64,000 nucleotides of DNA from Paragordius varius. Lineage: Eukaryota; Animalia; Nematomorpha. The position numbers were made by a program, and so were the translations under genes. The notes under the pieces are model-generated. The model was not told the origin of the DNA and did not search any database. It saw nothing but the letters and a program-made list of their open reading frames with translations. Positions 25,101-39,500 of this stretch are shown in pieces. The DNA lies in the NCBI GenBank assembly GCA_964247055.1, contig OZ176050.1, forward strand, positions 806,001-870,000, in the 5' to 3' direction. Numbering within the stretch: position 1 is the first letter of the stretch; each line of letters opens with the position of its first letter.

Positions 25101-28100
25101 TAAAAATAAAAATGGCTACCTAAAATCCAAATTTAATCAGGTGATGCCATAATTTTTTTTGGGTAGCCCTATGGTAGTTCCATCATCACCCCAAATATTT
25201 TCGAGATCGGAGTATAAATGTAATTTTTATGAATTTTTTAAATATTTAAAAAATTTATTTTATACGATTTTAAAAATAAAAATGGCTACCTAAAATCCAA
25301 ATTTGATCAGGTGATGTCACCATAATTTTTTTGAGTAGCCCTATGGTAGTTCCATCATCACCCCAAATATTTTCGAGATCGGAGTATAAATGTAATTTTT
25401 ATGAATTTTTTAAATATTTAAAAAATTTATTTTATACGATTTTAAAAATAAAAATGGCTACCTAAAATCCAAATTTGATCAGGTGATGTCGCCATAATTT
25501 TTTTTGGGTAGCCCTATAGTAGTTCCATCATCACCCCAAATATTGAGATCGGAGTATAAATGTAATTTATATGAATTTTTTAAATATTTAAAAAATTTAT
25601 TTTATACGATTTTAAAAATAAAAATGGCTATCTATAATCCAAATTTGATCAGGTGATGTCACCATCATTTTTTTTGGGTAGCCCTATGGTAGTTCCATCA
25701 CCACCCCAAATATTTTCGAGATCGGAGTATAAATGTAATTTTTATGAATTTTTTAAATATTTAAAAAATTTATTTTATACGATTTTAAAAATAAAAATGG
25801 CTACCTAAAATCCAAATTTGATCAGGTGATGTCGCCATAATTTTTTTTGGGTAGCCCTATTCCATCATCACCCCAAATATTTTGGGGATCGGACTATAAA
25901 TGTAATTTTTATGAATTTTTTAAATATTTAAAAAATTTATTTTATACGATTTTAAAAATAAAAATGGCTACCTAAAATCCAAATTTGATCAGGTGATGTC
26001 ACCATAATTTTTTTTAGGTAGCCCTATGGTAGTTCCATCATCAACCCAAATATTTTCGAGATCGGAGTAGAAATGTAATTTTTATGAATTTTTTAAATAT
26101 TTAAAAAATTTATTTTATACGATTTTAAAATAAAAATGGCTACCTAAAATCCAAATTTGATCAGGTGATGTCTCCATAATTTTTTTTGGGTAGCCCTATG
26201 GTAGTTCCATCATCACCCCAAATATTGTCGAGATCGGAGTATAAATGTAATTTTTTTGAATTTTTTAAATATTTGAAAAATTTATTTTATACGATTTCAA
26301 AAATAAAAATGGCCACCTAAAATCTAAATTTGATCAGGTGATGTCGCCATAATTTTTTTTGGGTAGCCCTATGGTAGTTCCATCATAATCCCAAATATTT
26401 TGGGGATCGGACTATAAATGTAATTTTTTTGAATTTTTTAAATATTTAAAAAATTTATTTTATACGATTTTAAAAATAAAAATGGCTACCTAAAATCCAA
26501 ATTTGATCAGGTGATGTCACCATATTTTTTTTTGGGTAGCCCTATGGTAGTTCCATCATCACCCCAAATATTTTGGGGATCGGAGTATAAATGTAATTTT
26601 TATGAATTTTTTAAATATTTAAAAAATTTATTTTATACAATTTTAAAAATAAAAATGGCTACCTAAAATCCAAATTTGATCAGGTGATGTCACCATAATT
26701 TTTTTTGGGTAGCCCTATGGTAGTTCCATCATCACCCCAAATATTTTCGAGATCGGAGTATAAATGTAATTTTTATGAATTTTTTAAATATTTAAAAAAT
26801 TTATTTTATACGATTTTAAAAATAAAAATGGCTACCTAAAATCCAAATTTGATCAGGTGATGTCGCCATAATTTTTTTTGGGTAGCCCTATTCCATCATC
26901 ACCCCAAATATTTTGGGGATCGGACTATAAATGTAATTTTTATGAATTTTTTAAATATTTAAAAAATTTATTTTATACGATTTTAAAAATAAAAATGGCT
27001 ACCTAAAATCCAAATTTGATCAGGTGATGTCACCATAATTTTTTTTAGGTAGCCCTATGGTAGTTCCATCATCACCCCAAATATTTTCGAGATCGGAGTA
27101 TAAATGTAATTTTTATGAATTTTTTAAATATTTAAAAAATTTATTTTATACGATTTTAAAAATAAAAATGGCTACCTAAAATCCAAATTTGATCAGGTGA
27201 TGTCGCCATAATTTTTTTTGCGTAGTCCTATGGTAGTTCCATCATCACCCCAAATATTTTGGGGATCGGACTATAAATGTAATTTTTATGAATATTTAAA
27301 AAATTTATTTTATACGATTTTAAAAATAAAAATGGCTACCTAAAATCCAAATTTGATCAGGTGATGTCACCATAATTTTTTTTGGGTAGCCCTATGGTAG
27401 TTCCATCATCACCCCAAATATTGTCGAGATCGGAGTATAAATGTAATTTTTTTGAATTTTTTAAATATTTAAAAAATTTATTTTATACGATTTTAAAAAT
27501 AAAAATGGCTACCTAAAATCCAAATTTGATCAGGTGATGTCACCATAATTTTTTTTGCGTAGCCCTATGGTAGTTCCATCATCACCCCAAATATTTTGGG
27601 GATCAGACTATAAATGTAATTTTTATGAATTTTTTAAATATTTAAAAAATTTATTTTATACGATTTTAAAAATAAAAATGGCTACCTAAAATCCAAATTT
27701 GATCAGGTGATGTCACCATAATTTTTTTTGCGTAGCCCTATGGTAGTTCCATCATCACCCCAAATATTTTGGGGATCGGACTATAAATGTAATTTTTATG
27801 AATTTTTTAAATATTTAAAAAATTTATTTTATACGATTTTAAAAATAAAAATGGCTACCTAAAATCCAAATTTGATCAGGTGATGTCACCATAATTTTTT
27901 TTGGGTAGCCCTATGGTAGTTTCATCATCACCCCAAATATTTTGGGGATCGGACTATAAATGTAATTTTTATGAATTTTTTAAATATTTAAAAAATTTAT
28001 TTTATACGATTTTAAAAATAAAAATGGCTACCTAAAATCCAAATTTGATCAGGTGATGTCACCATAATTTTTTTTGGGTAGCCCTATGGTAGTTCATCAC

Positions 28101-30180
28101 CCCAAATATTTTGGGGATCGGACTATAAATGTAATTTTTATGAATTTTTTAAATATTTAAAAAATTTATTTTATACGATTTTAAAAATAAAAATGGCTAC
28201 CTAAAATCCAAATTTGATCAGGTGATGCCATAATTTTTTATGGGTAGCCCTATGGTAGTTCCATCATCACCCCAAATATTTTCGAGATCGGAGTATAAAT
28301 GTAATTTTTATGAATTTTTTAAATATTTAAAAAATTTATTTTATACGATTTTAAAAATAAAAATGGCTACCTAAAGTCCAAATTTGATCAGGTGATGTCA
28401 CCATATTTTTTTTTGGGTAGCCCTATGGTAGTTCCATCATCACCCCAAATATTTTGGGGATCGGACTATAAATGTAATTTTTATGAATTTTTTAAATATT
28501 TAAAAAATTTATTTTATACGATTTTAAAATAAAAATGGCTACCTAAAACCCAAATTTGATCAGGTGATGTCGCCATAATTTTTTTTGGGTAGCCCTATGG
28601 TAGTTCCATCATCACCCCAAATATTTTCGAGATCGGAGTATAAATGTAATTTTTATGAATTTTTTAAATATTTAAAAAATTTATTTTATACGATTTTAAA
28701 AATAAAAATGGCTACCTAAAATCCAAATTTGATCAGGTGATGTCACCATAATTTTTTTTGGGTGGCCCTATGGTAGTTCCATCATCACCCCAAATATTGT
28801 CGAGATCGGAGTATAAATGTAATTTTTTTGAATTTTTTAAATATTTAAAAAATTTATTTTATACGATTTTAAAAATAAAAATGGCTACCTAAAATCCAAT
28901 TTTGATCAGGTGATGTCGCCATAATTTTTTTTGCGTAGCCCTATGGTAGTTTCATCATCACCCCAAATATTTTGGGGATCGGACTATAAATGTAATTTTT
29001 ATGAATTTTTTAAATATTTAAAAAATTTATTTTATACGATTTTAAAAATAAAAATGGCTACCTAAAATCCAAATTTGATCTGGTGATGTCACCATAATTT
29101 TTTTTGGGTAGCCCTATGGTAGTTCCATCATCACCCCAAATATTTTCGAGATCGGAGTATAAATGTAATTTTTATGAATTTTTTAAATATTTAAAAAATT
29201 TATTTTATACGATTTTAAAAATAAAAATGGCTACCTAAAATCCAAATTTAATCAGGTGATGCCATAATTTTTTTTGGGTAGCCCTATGGTAGTTCCATCA
29301 TCACCCCAAATATTTTCGAGATCGGAGTATAAATGTAATTTTTATGAATTTTTTAAATATTTAAAAAATTTATTTTATACGATTTTAAAAATAAAAATGG
29401 CTACCTAAAATCCAAATTTGATCAGGTGATGTCACCATAATTTTTTTGAGTAGCCCTATGGTAGTTCCATCATCACCCCAAATATTTTCGAGATCGGAGT
29501 ATAAATGTAATTTTTATGAATTTTTTAAATATTTAAAAAATTTATTTTATACGATTTTAAAAATAAAAATGGCTACCTAAAATCCAAATTTGATCAGGTG
29601 ATGTCGCCATAATTTTTTTTGGGTAGCCCTATAGTAGTTCCATCATCACCCCAAATATTGAGATCGGAGTATAAATGTAATTTATATGAATTTTTTAAAT
29701 ATTTAAAAAATTTATTTTATACGATTTTAAAAATAAAAATGGCTATCTATAATCCAAATTTGATCAGGTGATGTCACCATCATTTTTTTTGGGTAGCCCT
29801 ATGGTAGTTCCATCATCACCCCAAATATTTTCGAGATCGGAGTATAAATGTAATTTTTATGAATTTTTTAAATATTTAAAAAATTTATTTTATACGATTT
29901 TAAAAATAAAAATGGCTACCTAAAATCCAAATTTGATCAGGTGATGTCGCCATAATTTTTTTTGGGTAGCCCTATTCCATCATCACCCCAAATATTTTGG
30001 GGATCGGACTATAAATGTAATTTTTATGAATTTTTTAAATATTTAAAAAATTTATTTTATACGATTTTAAAAATAAAAATGGCTACCTAAAATCCAAATT
30101 TGATCAGGTGATGTCACCATAATTTTTTTTAGGTAGCCCTATGGTAGTTCCATCATCAACCCAAATATTTTCGAGATCGG
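21400..30180. repeat. 27-monomer higher-order duplication (about 4635-bp offset); the second copy lacks three monomers
   Basis: GATCAGACT at 22964/27601 (4637), GGTGGCCC at 24131/28764 (4633), and after the 3-monomer loss TATCTATAAT at 25631/29746 and TCAACCC at 26041/30156 (both 4115). The boundaries are approximate. Confidence 0.88.
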
Positions 30181-33100
30181 AGTATAAATGTAATTTTTAT
30201 GAATTTTTTAAATATTTAAAAAATTTATTTTATACGATTTTAAAAATAAAAATGGCTACCTAAAATCCAAATTTGATCTGGTGATGTCACCATAATTTTT
30301 TTTGGGTAGCCCTATGGTAGTTCCATCATCACCCCAAATATTTTCGAGATCGGAGTATAAATGTAATTTTTATGAATTTTTTAAATATTTAAAAAATTTA
30401 TTTTATACGATTTTAAAAATAAAAATGGCTACCTAAAATCCAAATTTAATCAGGTGATGCCATAATTTTTTTTGGGTAGCCCTATGGTAGTTCCATCATC
30501 ACCCCAAATATTTTCGAGATCGGAGTATAAATGTAATTTTTATGAATTTTTTAAATATTTAAAAAATTTATTTTATACGATTTTAAAAATAAAAATGGCT
30601 ACCTAAAATCCAATTTTGATCAGGTGATGTCGCCATAATTTTTTTTGCGTAGCCCTATGGTAGTTTCATCATCACCCCAAATATTTTGGGGATCGGACTA
30701 TAAATGTAATTTTTATGAATTTTTTAAATATTTAAAAAATTTATTTTATACGATTTTAAAAATAAAAATGGCTACCTAAAATCCAAATTTGATCTGGTGA
30801 TGTCACCATAATTTTTTTTGGGTAGCCCTATGGTAGTTCCATCATCACCCCAAATATTTTCGAGATCGGAGTATAAATGTAATTTTTATGAATTTTTTAA
30901 ATATTTAAAAAATTTATTTTATACGATTTTAAAAATAAAAATGGCTACCTAAAATCCAAATTTGATCAGGTGATGTCACCATATTTTTTTTTGGGTAGCC
31001 CTATGGTAGTTCCATCATCACCCCAAATATTTTGGGGATCGGACTATAAATGTAATTTTTATGAATTTTTTAAATATTTAAAAAATTTATTTTATACGAT
31101 TTTAAAATAAAAATGGCTACCTAAAACCCAAATTTGATCAGGTGATGTCGCCATAATTTTTTTTGGGTAGCCCTATGGTAGTTCCATCATCACCCCAAAT
31201 ATTTTCGAGATCGGAGTATAAATGTAATTTTTATGAATTTTTTAAATATTTAAAAAATTTATTTTATACGATTTTAAAAATAAAAATGGCTACCTAAAAT
31301 CCAAATTTGATCAGGTGATGTCACCATAATTTTTTTTGAGTAGCCCTATGGTAGTTCCATCATCACCCCAAATATTTTCGAGATCGGAGTATAAATGTAA
31401 TTTTTATGAATTTTTTAAATATTTAAAAAATTTATTTTATACGATTTTAAAAATAAAAATGGCTACCTAAAATCCAAATTTAATCAGGTGATGCCATAAT
31501 TTTTTTTGGGTAGCCCTATGGTAGTTCCATCATCACCCCAAATATTTTCGAGATCGGAGTATAAATGTAATTTTTATGAATTTTTTAAATATTTAAAAAA
31601 TTTATTTTATACGATTTTAAAAATAAAAATGGCTACCTAAAATCCAAATTTGATCAGGTGATGTCACCATAATTTTTTTGAGTAGCCCTATGGTAGTTCC
31701 ATCATCACCCCAAATATTTTCGAGATCGGAGTATAAATGTAATTTTTATGAATTTTTTAAATATTTAAAAAATTTATTTTATACGATTTTAAAAATAAAA
31801 ATGGCTACCTAAAATCCAAATTTGATCAGGTGATGTCGCCATAATTTTTTTTGGGTAGCCCTATAGTAGTTCCATCATCACCCCAAATATTGAGATCGGA
31901 GTATAAATGTAATTTTTATGAATTTTTTAAATATTTAAAAAATTTATTTTATACGATTTTAAAAATAAAAATGGCTACCTAAAATCCAAATTTGATCAGG
32001 TGATGTCGCCATAATTTTTTTTGCGTAGTCCTATGGTAGTTCCATCATCACCCCAAATATTTTGGGGATCGGACTATAAATGTAATTTTTATGAATATTT
32101 AAAAAATTTATTTTATACGATTTTAAAAATAAAAATGGCTACCTAAAATCCAAATTTGATCAGGTGATGTCACCATAATTTTTTTTGGGTAGCCCTATGG
32201 TAGTTCCATCATCACCCCAAATATTGTCGAGATCGGAGTATAAATGTAATTTTTTTGAATTTTTTAAATATTTAAAAAATTTATTTTATACGATTTTAAA
32301 AATAAAAATGGCTACCTAAAATCCAAATTTGATCAGGTGATGTCACCATAATTTTTTTTGCGTAGCCCTATGGTAGTTCCATCATCACCCCAAATATTTT
32401 GGGGATCGGACTATAAATGTAATTTTTATGAATTTTTTAAATATTTAAAAAATTTATTTTATACGATTTTAAAAATAAAAATGGCTACCTAAAATGCAAA
32501 TTTGATCAGGTGATGTCGCCATAATTTTTTTGGGTAGCCCTATTCCATCATCACCCCAAATATTTTGGGGATCGGACTATCAATGTAATTTTTATGAATT
32601 TTTTAAATATTTAAAAAATTTATTTTATACGATTTTAAAAATAAAAATGGCTACCTAAAATCCAAATTTGATCAGGTGATGTCACCATAATTTTTTTTGG
32701 GTAGCCCTATGGTAGTTTCATCATCACCCCAAATATTTTGGGGATCGGACTACAAATGTAATTTTTATGAATTTTTTAAATATTTAAAAAATTTATTTTA
32801 TACGATTTTAAAAATAAAAATGGCTACCTAAAATCCAAATTTGATCAGGTGATGTCACCATAATTTTTTTTGGGTAGCCCTATGGTAGTTCCATCATCAC
32901 CCCAAATATTTTGGGGATCGGACTATAAATGTAATTTTTATGAATTTTTTAAATATTTAAAAAATTTATTTTATACGATTTTAAAAATAAAAATGGCTAC
33001 CTAAAATCCAAATTTGATCAGGTGATGCCATAATTATTTTTGGGTAGCCCTATGGTAGTTCCATCATCACCCCAAATATTTTCGAGATCGGAGTATAAAT

Positions 33101-33502
33101 GTAATTTTTATGAATTTTTTAAATATTAAAAAAATTTATTTTATACGATTTTAAAAATAAAAATGGCTACCTAAAATCCAAATTTGATCAGGTGATGTCA
33201 CCATAATTTTTTTTGGGTAGCCCTATGGTAGTTCCATCATCACCCCAAATATTTTGGGGATCGGACTATAAATGTAATTTTTATGAATTTTTTAAATATT
33301 TAAAAAATTTATTTTATACGATTTTAAAAATAAAAATGGCTACCTAAAATCCAAATTTGATCAGGTGATGCCATAATTATTTTTGGGTAGCCCTATGGTA
33401 GTTCCATCATCACCCCAAATATTGAGATCGGAGTATAAATGTAATTTATATGAATATTTTAAATATTTAAAAAATTTATTTTATACGATTTTAAAAATAA
33501 AA

Positions 33503-36500
33503 ATGGCTACCTAAAATCCAAATTTTATCAGGTGATGTCACCATAATTTCCCTATGGTAGTTCCATCATCACCCCAAATATTTTCGAGATCGGAGTATAA
33601 ATGTAATTTTTATGAATTTTTTAAATATTTAAAAAATTTATTTTATACGATTTTAAAAATAAAAATGGCTACACTAAAATCATTTGATCAGGTAATGTCG
33701 CCATAATATTTTTTGGGTAGCCCTATAGTAGTTCCATCATCACCCCAAATATTTTCGAGATCGGAGTATAAATGTGATTTTTATGAATTTTTTAAATATT
33801 TAAAAAATTTATTTTATACGATTTTAAAAATAAAAATGGCTACCTAAAATCCAAATTTGGTCAGGTGATGTCACTATAATTTTTTTTGGGTAGCCCTATG
33901 GTAGTTCCATCATCACCCCAAATATTTTCGAGATCGAAGTATAAATGTAATTTTTATGAATTTTTTAAATATTTAAAAAATTTATTTTATACGATTGTAA
34001 AAATAAAAATGGCTACCTAAAATCCAAATTTGATCAGGTGATGTCGCCATAATTTTTTTTAGGTAGCCCTATGGTAGTTCCATCATCACCCTAAATATTT
34101 TGGGGATCGGACTATAAATGTAATTTTTATGAATTTTTTAAATATTTAAAAAATTTATTTTATACGATTTTAAAAATAAAAATGGCTACACTAAAATCCA
34201 AATTTGATCAGGTAATGTCGCCATAATATTTTTTGGGTAGCCCTATGGTAGTTCCATCATCACCCCAATGATTTTCGAGATCGAAGTATAAATGTAATTT
34301 TTATGAATTTTTTAAATATTTAAAAAATTTATTTTATACGATTTTAAAAATAAAAATGGCTACCTAAAATCCAAATTTGATCAGGTGATGTCACCATAAT
34401 TTCCCTATGGTAGTTCCATCATCACCCCAAATATTTTCGAGATCGGAGTATAAATGTAATTTTTATGAATTTTTTAAATATTTAAAAAATTTATTTTATA
34501 CGATTTTAAAAATAAAAATGGCTACACTAAAATCGAAATTTGATCAGGTAATGTCGCCATAATATTTTTTGGGTAGCCCTATAGTAGTTCCATCATCACC
34601 CCAAATATTTTCGAGATCGGAGTATAAATGTGATTTTTATGAATTTTTTAAATATTTAAAAAATTTATTTTATACGATTTTAAAAATAAAAATGGCTACC
34701 TAAAATCCAAATTTGGTCAGGTGATGTCACTATAATTTTTTTTGGGTAGCCCTATGGTAGTTCCATCATCACCCCAAATATTTTCGAGATCGGAATATAA
34801 ATGTAATTTTTATCAATTTTTTAAATATTTAAAAAATTTATTTTATACGATTTTAAAAATAAAAATGGCTACACTAAAATCCAAATTTAATCAGGTGATG
34901 TCACCATAATTTTTTTTGGGTAGCCCTATGGTAGTTCCATCATCACCCCAAATATTGTCGAGATCGGAGTATAAATGTAATTTTTTTGAATTTTTTAAAT
35001 ATTTAAAAAATTTATTTTATACGATTTTAAAAATAAAAATGGCTACCTAAAATCCAAATTTGATCAGGTGATGTCGCCATAATTTTTTTTGGGTAGCCCT
35101 ATGGTAGTTCCATCATCACCCCAAATATTTTCGAGATCGGAGTATAAATGTAATTTTTATGAATTTTTTAAATATTTAAAAAATTTATTTTATACGATTT
35201 TAAAAATAAAAATGGCTTCCTAAAATCCAAATTTGATCAGGTGATGTCACGATAATTTTTTTTGGGTAGCCCTATGGTAGTTCCATCATCACCCCAAATA
35301 TTGTCGAGATCGGAGTATAAATGTAATTTTTTAGAATTTTTTAAATATTTAAAAAATTTATTTTATACGATTTTAAAAATAAAAATGGCTACCTAAAATC
35401 CAAATTTGATCAGGTGATGTCGTCATAATTTTTTTGCGTAGCCCTATGGTAGTTCTATCATCACCCCAAATATTTTGGGGATCGGACTATAAATGTAATT
35501 TTTATGAATTTTTTAAATATTTAAAAAATTTATTTTATACGATTTTAAAAATAAAAATGGCTACCTAAAATCCAAATTTGATCAGGTGATGTCACCATAA
35601 TTTCCCTATGGTAGTTCCATCATCACCCCAAATATTTTCGAGATCGGAGTATAAATGTGATTTTTATGAATTTTTTAAATATTTAAAAAATTTATTTTAT
35701 ACGATTTTAAATAAAAATGGCTACCTAAAATCCAAATTTGGTCAGGTGATGTCACTATAATTTTTTTTGGGTAGCCCTATGGTAGTTCCATCATCACCCC
35801 AAATATTTTCGAGATCGAAGTATAAATGTAATTTTTATGAATTTTTTAAATATTTAAAAAATTTATTTTATACGATTGTAAAAATAAAAATGGCTACCTA
35901 AAATCCAAATTTGATCAGGTGATGTCGCCATAATTTTTTTTAGGTAGCCCTATGGTAGTTCCATCATCACCCTAAATATTTTGGGGATCGGACTATAAAT
36001 GTAATTTTTATGAATTTTTTAAATATTTAAAAAATTTATTTTATACGATTTTAAAAATAAAAATGGCTACACTAAAATCCAAATTTGATCAGGTAATGTC
36101 GCCATAATATTTTTTGGGTAGCCCTATGGTAGTTCCATCATCACCCCAAATATTTTCGAGATCGAAGTATAAATGTAATTTTTATGAATTTTTTAAATAT
36201 TTAAAAAATTTATTTTATACGATTTTAAAAATAAAAATGGCTACCTAAAATCCAAATTTGATCAGGTGATGTCACCATAATTTTTTTTGGGTAGCCCTAT
36301 GGTAGTTCCATCATCACCCCAAATATTTTCGAGATCGGAGTATAAATGTAATTTTTATGAATTTTTTAAATATTTAAAAAATTTATTTTATACGATTTTA
36401 AAAATAAAAATGGCTACACTAAAATCCAAATTTGATCAGGTAATGTCGCCATAATATTTTTTGGGTAGCCCTATAGTAGTTCCATCAGCACCCCAAATAT

Positions 36501-39500
36501 TTTCGAGATCGGAGTATAAATGTGATTTTTATGAATTTTTTAAATATTTAAAAAATTTATTTTATACGATTTTAAAAATAAAAATGGCTACCTAAAATCC
36601 AAATTTGGTCAGGTGATGTCACTATAATTTTTTTTGTGTAGCCCTATGGTAGTTCCATCATCACCCCAAATATTTTCGAGATCGAAGTATAAATGTAATT
36701 TTTATGAATTTTTTAAATATTTAAAAAATTTATTTTATACGAATGTAAAAATAAAAATGGCTACCTAAAATCCAAATTTGATCAGGTGATGTCACCATAA
36801 TTTTTTTTGGGTAGCCCTATGGTAGTTCCATCATCACCCCAAATATTTTCGAGATCGGAGTATAAATGTGATTTTTATGAATTTTTTAAATATTTAAAAA
36901 ATTTATTTTATACGATTTTAAAAATAAAAATGGCTACACTAAAATCCAAATTTGATCAGGTAATGTCGCCATAATATTTTTTGGGTAGCCCTATGGTAGT
37001 TCCATCATCACCCCAAATATTTTCGAGATCGAAGTATAAATGTAATTTTTATGAATTTTTTAAATATTTAAAAAATTTATTTTATACGATTTTAAAAATA
37101 AAAATGGCTACCTAAAATCCAAATTTGATCAGGTGATGTCACCATAATTTTTTTTGGGTAGCCCTATGGTAGTTCCATCATCACCCCAAATATTTTCGAG
37201 ATCGGAGTATAAATGTAATTTTTATGAATTTTTTAAATATTTAAAAAATTTATTTTATACGATTTTAAAAATAAAAATGGCTACACTAAAATCCAAATTT
37301 GATCAGGTAATGTCGCCATAATATTTTTTGGGTAGCCCTATAGTAGTTCCATCAGCACCCCAAATATTTTCGAGATCGGAGTATAAATGTGATTTTTATG
37401 AATTTTTTAAATATTTAAAAAATTTATTTTATACGATTTTAAAAATAAAAATGGCTACCTAAAATCCAAATTTGGTCAGGTGATGTCACTATAATTTTTT
37501 TTGTGTAGCCCTATGGTAGTTCCATCATCACCCCAAATATTTTCGAGATCGAAGTATAAATGTAATTTTTATGAATTTTTTAAATATTTAAAAAATTTAT
37601 TTTATACGAATGTAAAAATAAAAATGGCTACCTAAAATCCAAATTTGATCAGGTGATGTCACCATAATTTTTTTTGGGTAGCCCTATGGTAGTTCCATCA
37701 TCACCCCAAATATTTTCGAGATCGGAGTATAAATGTAATTTTTATGAATTTTTTAAATATTTAAAAAATTTATTTTATACGATTTTAAAAATAAAAATGG
37801 CTACCTAAAATCCAAATTTGATCAGGTGATGTCACCATAATTTTTTTTGGGTAGCCCTATGGTAGTTCCATCATCACCCCAAATATTTTCGAGATCGGAA
37901 TATAAATGTAATTTTTATGAATTTTTTAAATATTTAAAAAATTTATTTTATACGATTTTAAAAATAAAAATGGCTACACTAAAATCCAAATTTGATCAGG
38001 TAATGTCGCCATAATATTTTTTGGGTAGCCCTATAGTAGTTCCATCATCACCCCAAATATTTTCGAGATCGGAGTATAAATGTGATTTTTATGAATTTTT
38101 TAAATATTTAAAAAATTTATTTTATACGATTTTAAAAATAAAAATGGCTACCTAAAATCCAAATTTGGTCAGGTGATGTCACTATAATTTTTTTTGTGTA
38201 GCCCTATGGTAGTTCCATCATCACCCCAAATATTTTCGAGATCGAAGTATAAATGTAATTTTTATGAATTTTTTAAATATTTAAAAAATTTATTTTATAC
38301 GAATGTAAAAATAAAAATGGCTACCTAAAATCCAAATTTGATCAGGTGATGTCACCATAATTTTTTTTGGGTAGCCCTATGGTAGTTCCATCATCACCCC
38401 AAATATTTTCGAGATCGGAGTATAAATGTAATTTTTATGAATTTTTTAAATATTTAAAAAATTTATTTTATACGATTTTAAAAATAAAAATGGCTACCTA
38501 AAATCCAAATTTGATCAGGTGATGTCACCATAATTTTTTTTGGGTAGCCCTATGGTAGTTCCATCATCACCCCAAATATTTTCGAGATCGGAATATAAAT
38601 GTAATTTTTATGAATTTTTTAAATATTTAAAAAATTTATTTTATACGATTTTAAAAATAAAAATGGCTACACTAAAATCCAAATTTGATCAGGTAATGTC
38701 GCCATAATATTTTTTGGGTAGCCCTATAGTAGTTCCATCATCACCCCAAATATTTTCGAGATCGGAGTATAAATGTGATTTTTATGAATTTTTTAAATAT
38801 TTAAAAAATTTATTTTATACGATTTTAAAAATAAAAATGGCTACCTAAAATCCAAATTTGGTCAGGTTATGTCACTATAATTTTTTTTGGGTAGCCCTAT
38901 GGTAGTTCCATCATCACCCCAAATATTTTCGAGATCGAAGTATAAATGTAATTTTTATGAATTTTTTAAATATTTAAAAAATACATTTTATACGATTGTA
39001 AAAATAAAAATGGCTACCTAAAATCCAAATTTGATCAGGTGATGTCACCATAATTTTTTTTGGGTAGCCCTATGGTAGTTCCATCATCACCCCAAATATT
39101 TTCGAGATCGGAGTATAAATGTAATTTTTGTGAATTTTTTAAATATTTAAAAAATTTATTTTATACGATTTTAAAAATAAAAATGGCTACCTAAAATCCA
39201 AATTTGATCAGGTGATGTCACCATAATTTTTTTTGGGTAGCCCTATGGTAGTTCCATCATCACCCCAAATATTTTCGAGATCGGAGTATAAATGTAATTT
39301 TTATGAATTTTTTAAATATTTAAAAAATTTATTTTATACGATTTTAAAAATAAAAATGGCTACCTAAAATCCAAATTTGGTCAGGTTATGTCACTATAAT
39401 TTTTTTTGGGTAGCCCTATGGTAGTTCCATCATCACCCCAAATATTTTCGAGATCGGAGTATAAATGTAATTTTTATGAATTTTTTAAATATTTAAAAAA

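Larger units (their letters stand above)
9325..33502. repeat. Variant domain B: rich in TTTTGGGGATCGGACT monomers and 3-, 6- and 9-bp deletion monomers, with long HORs
   Basis: GGGG/GACT-type monomers become frequent from 9417. The GATGCCATA (3-bp) and GAATATTT (9-bp) deletions were seen only here; the CCCTATTCC (6-bp) deletion is concentrated here. Confidence 0.8.

Noticed and set aside
33661-34012. Apparent compensatory pair TATAGT / ACTATA in stem 2
   Set aside because: The two variants lie in neighbouring monomers, not the same one. TATAGT co-occurs with GCCATA, giving a mismatch, so this is not evidence of covariation.
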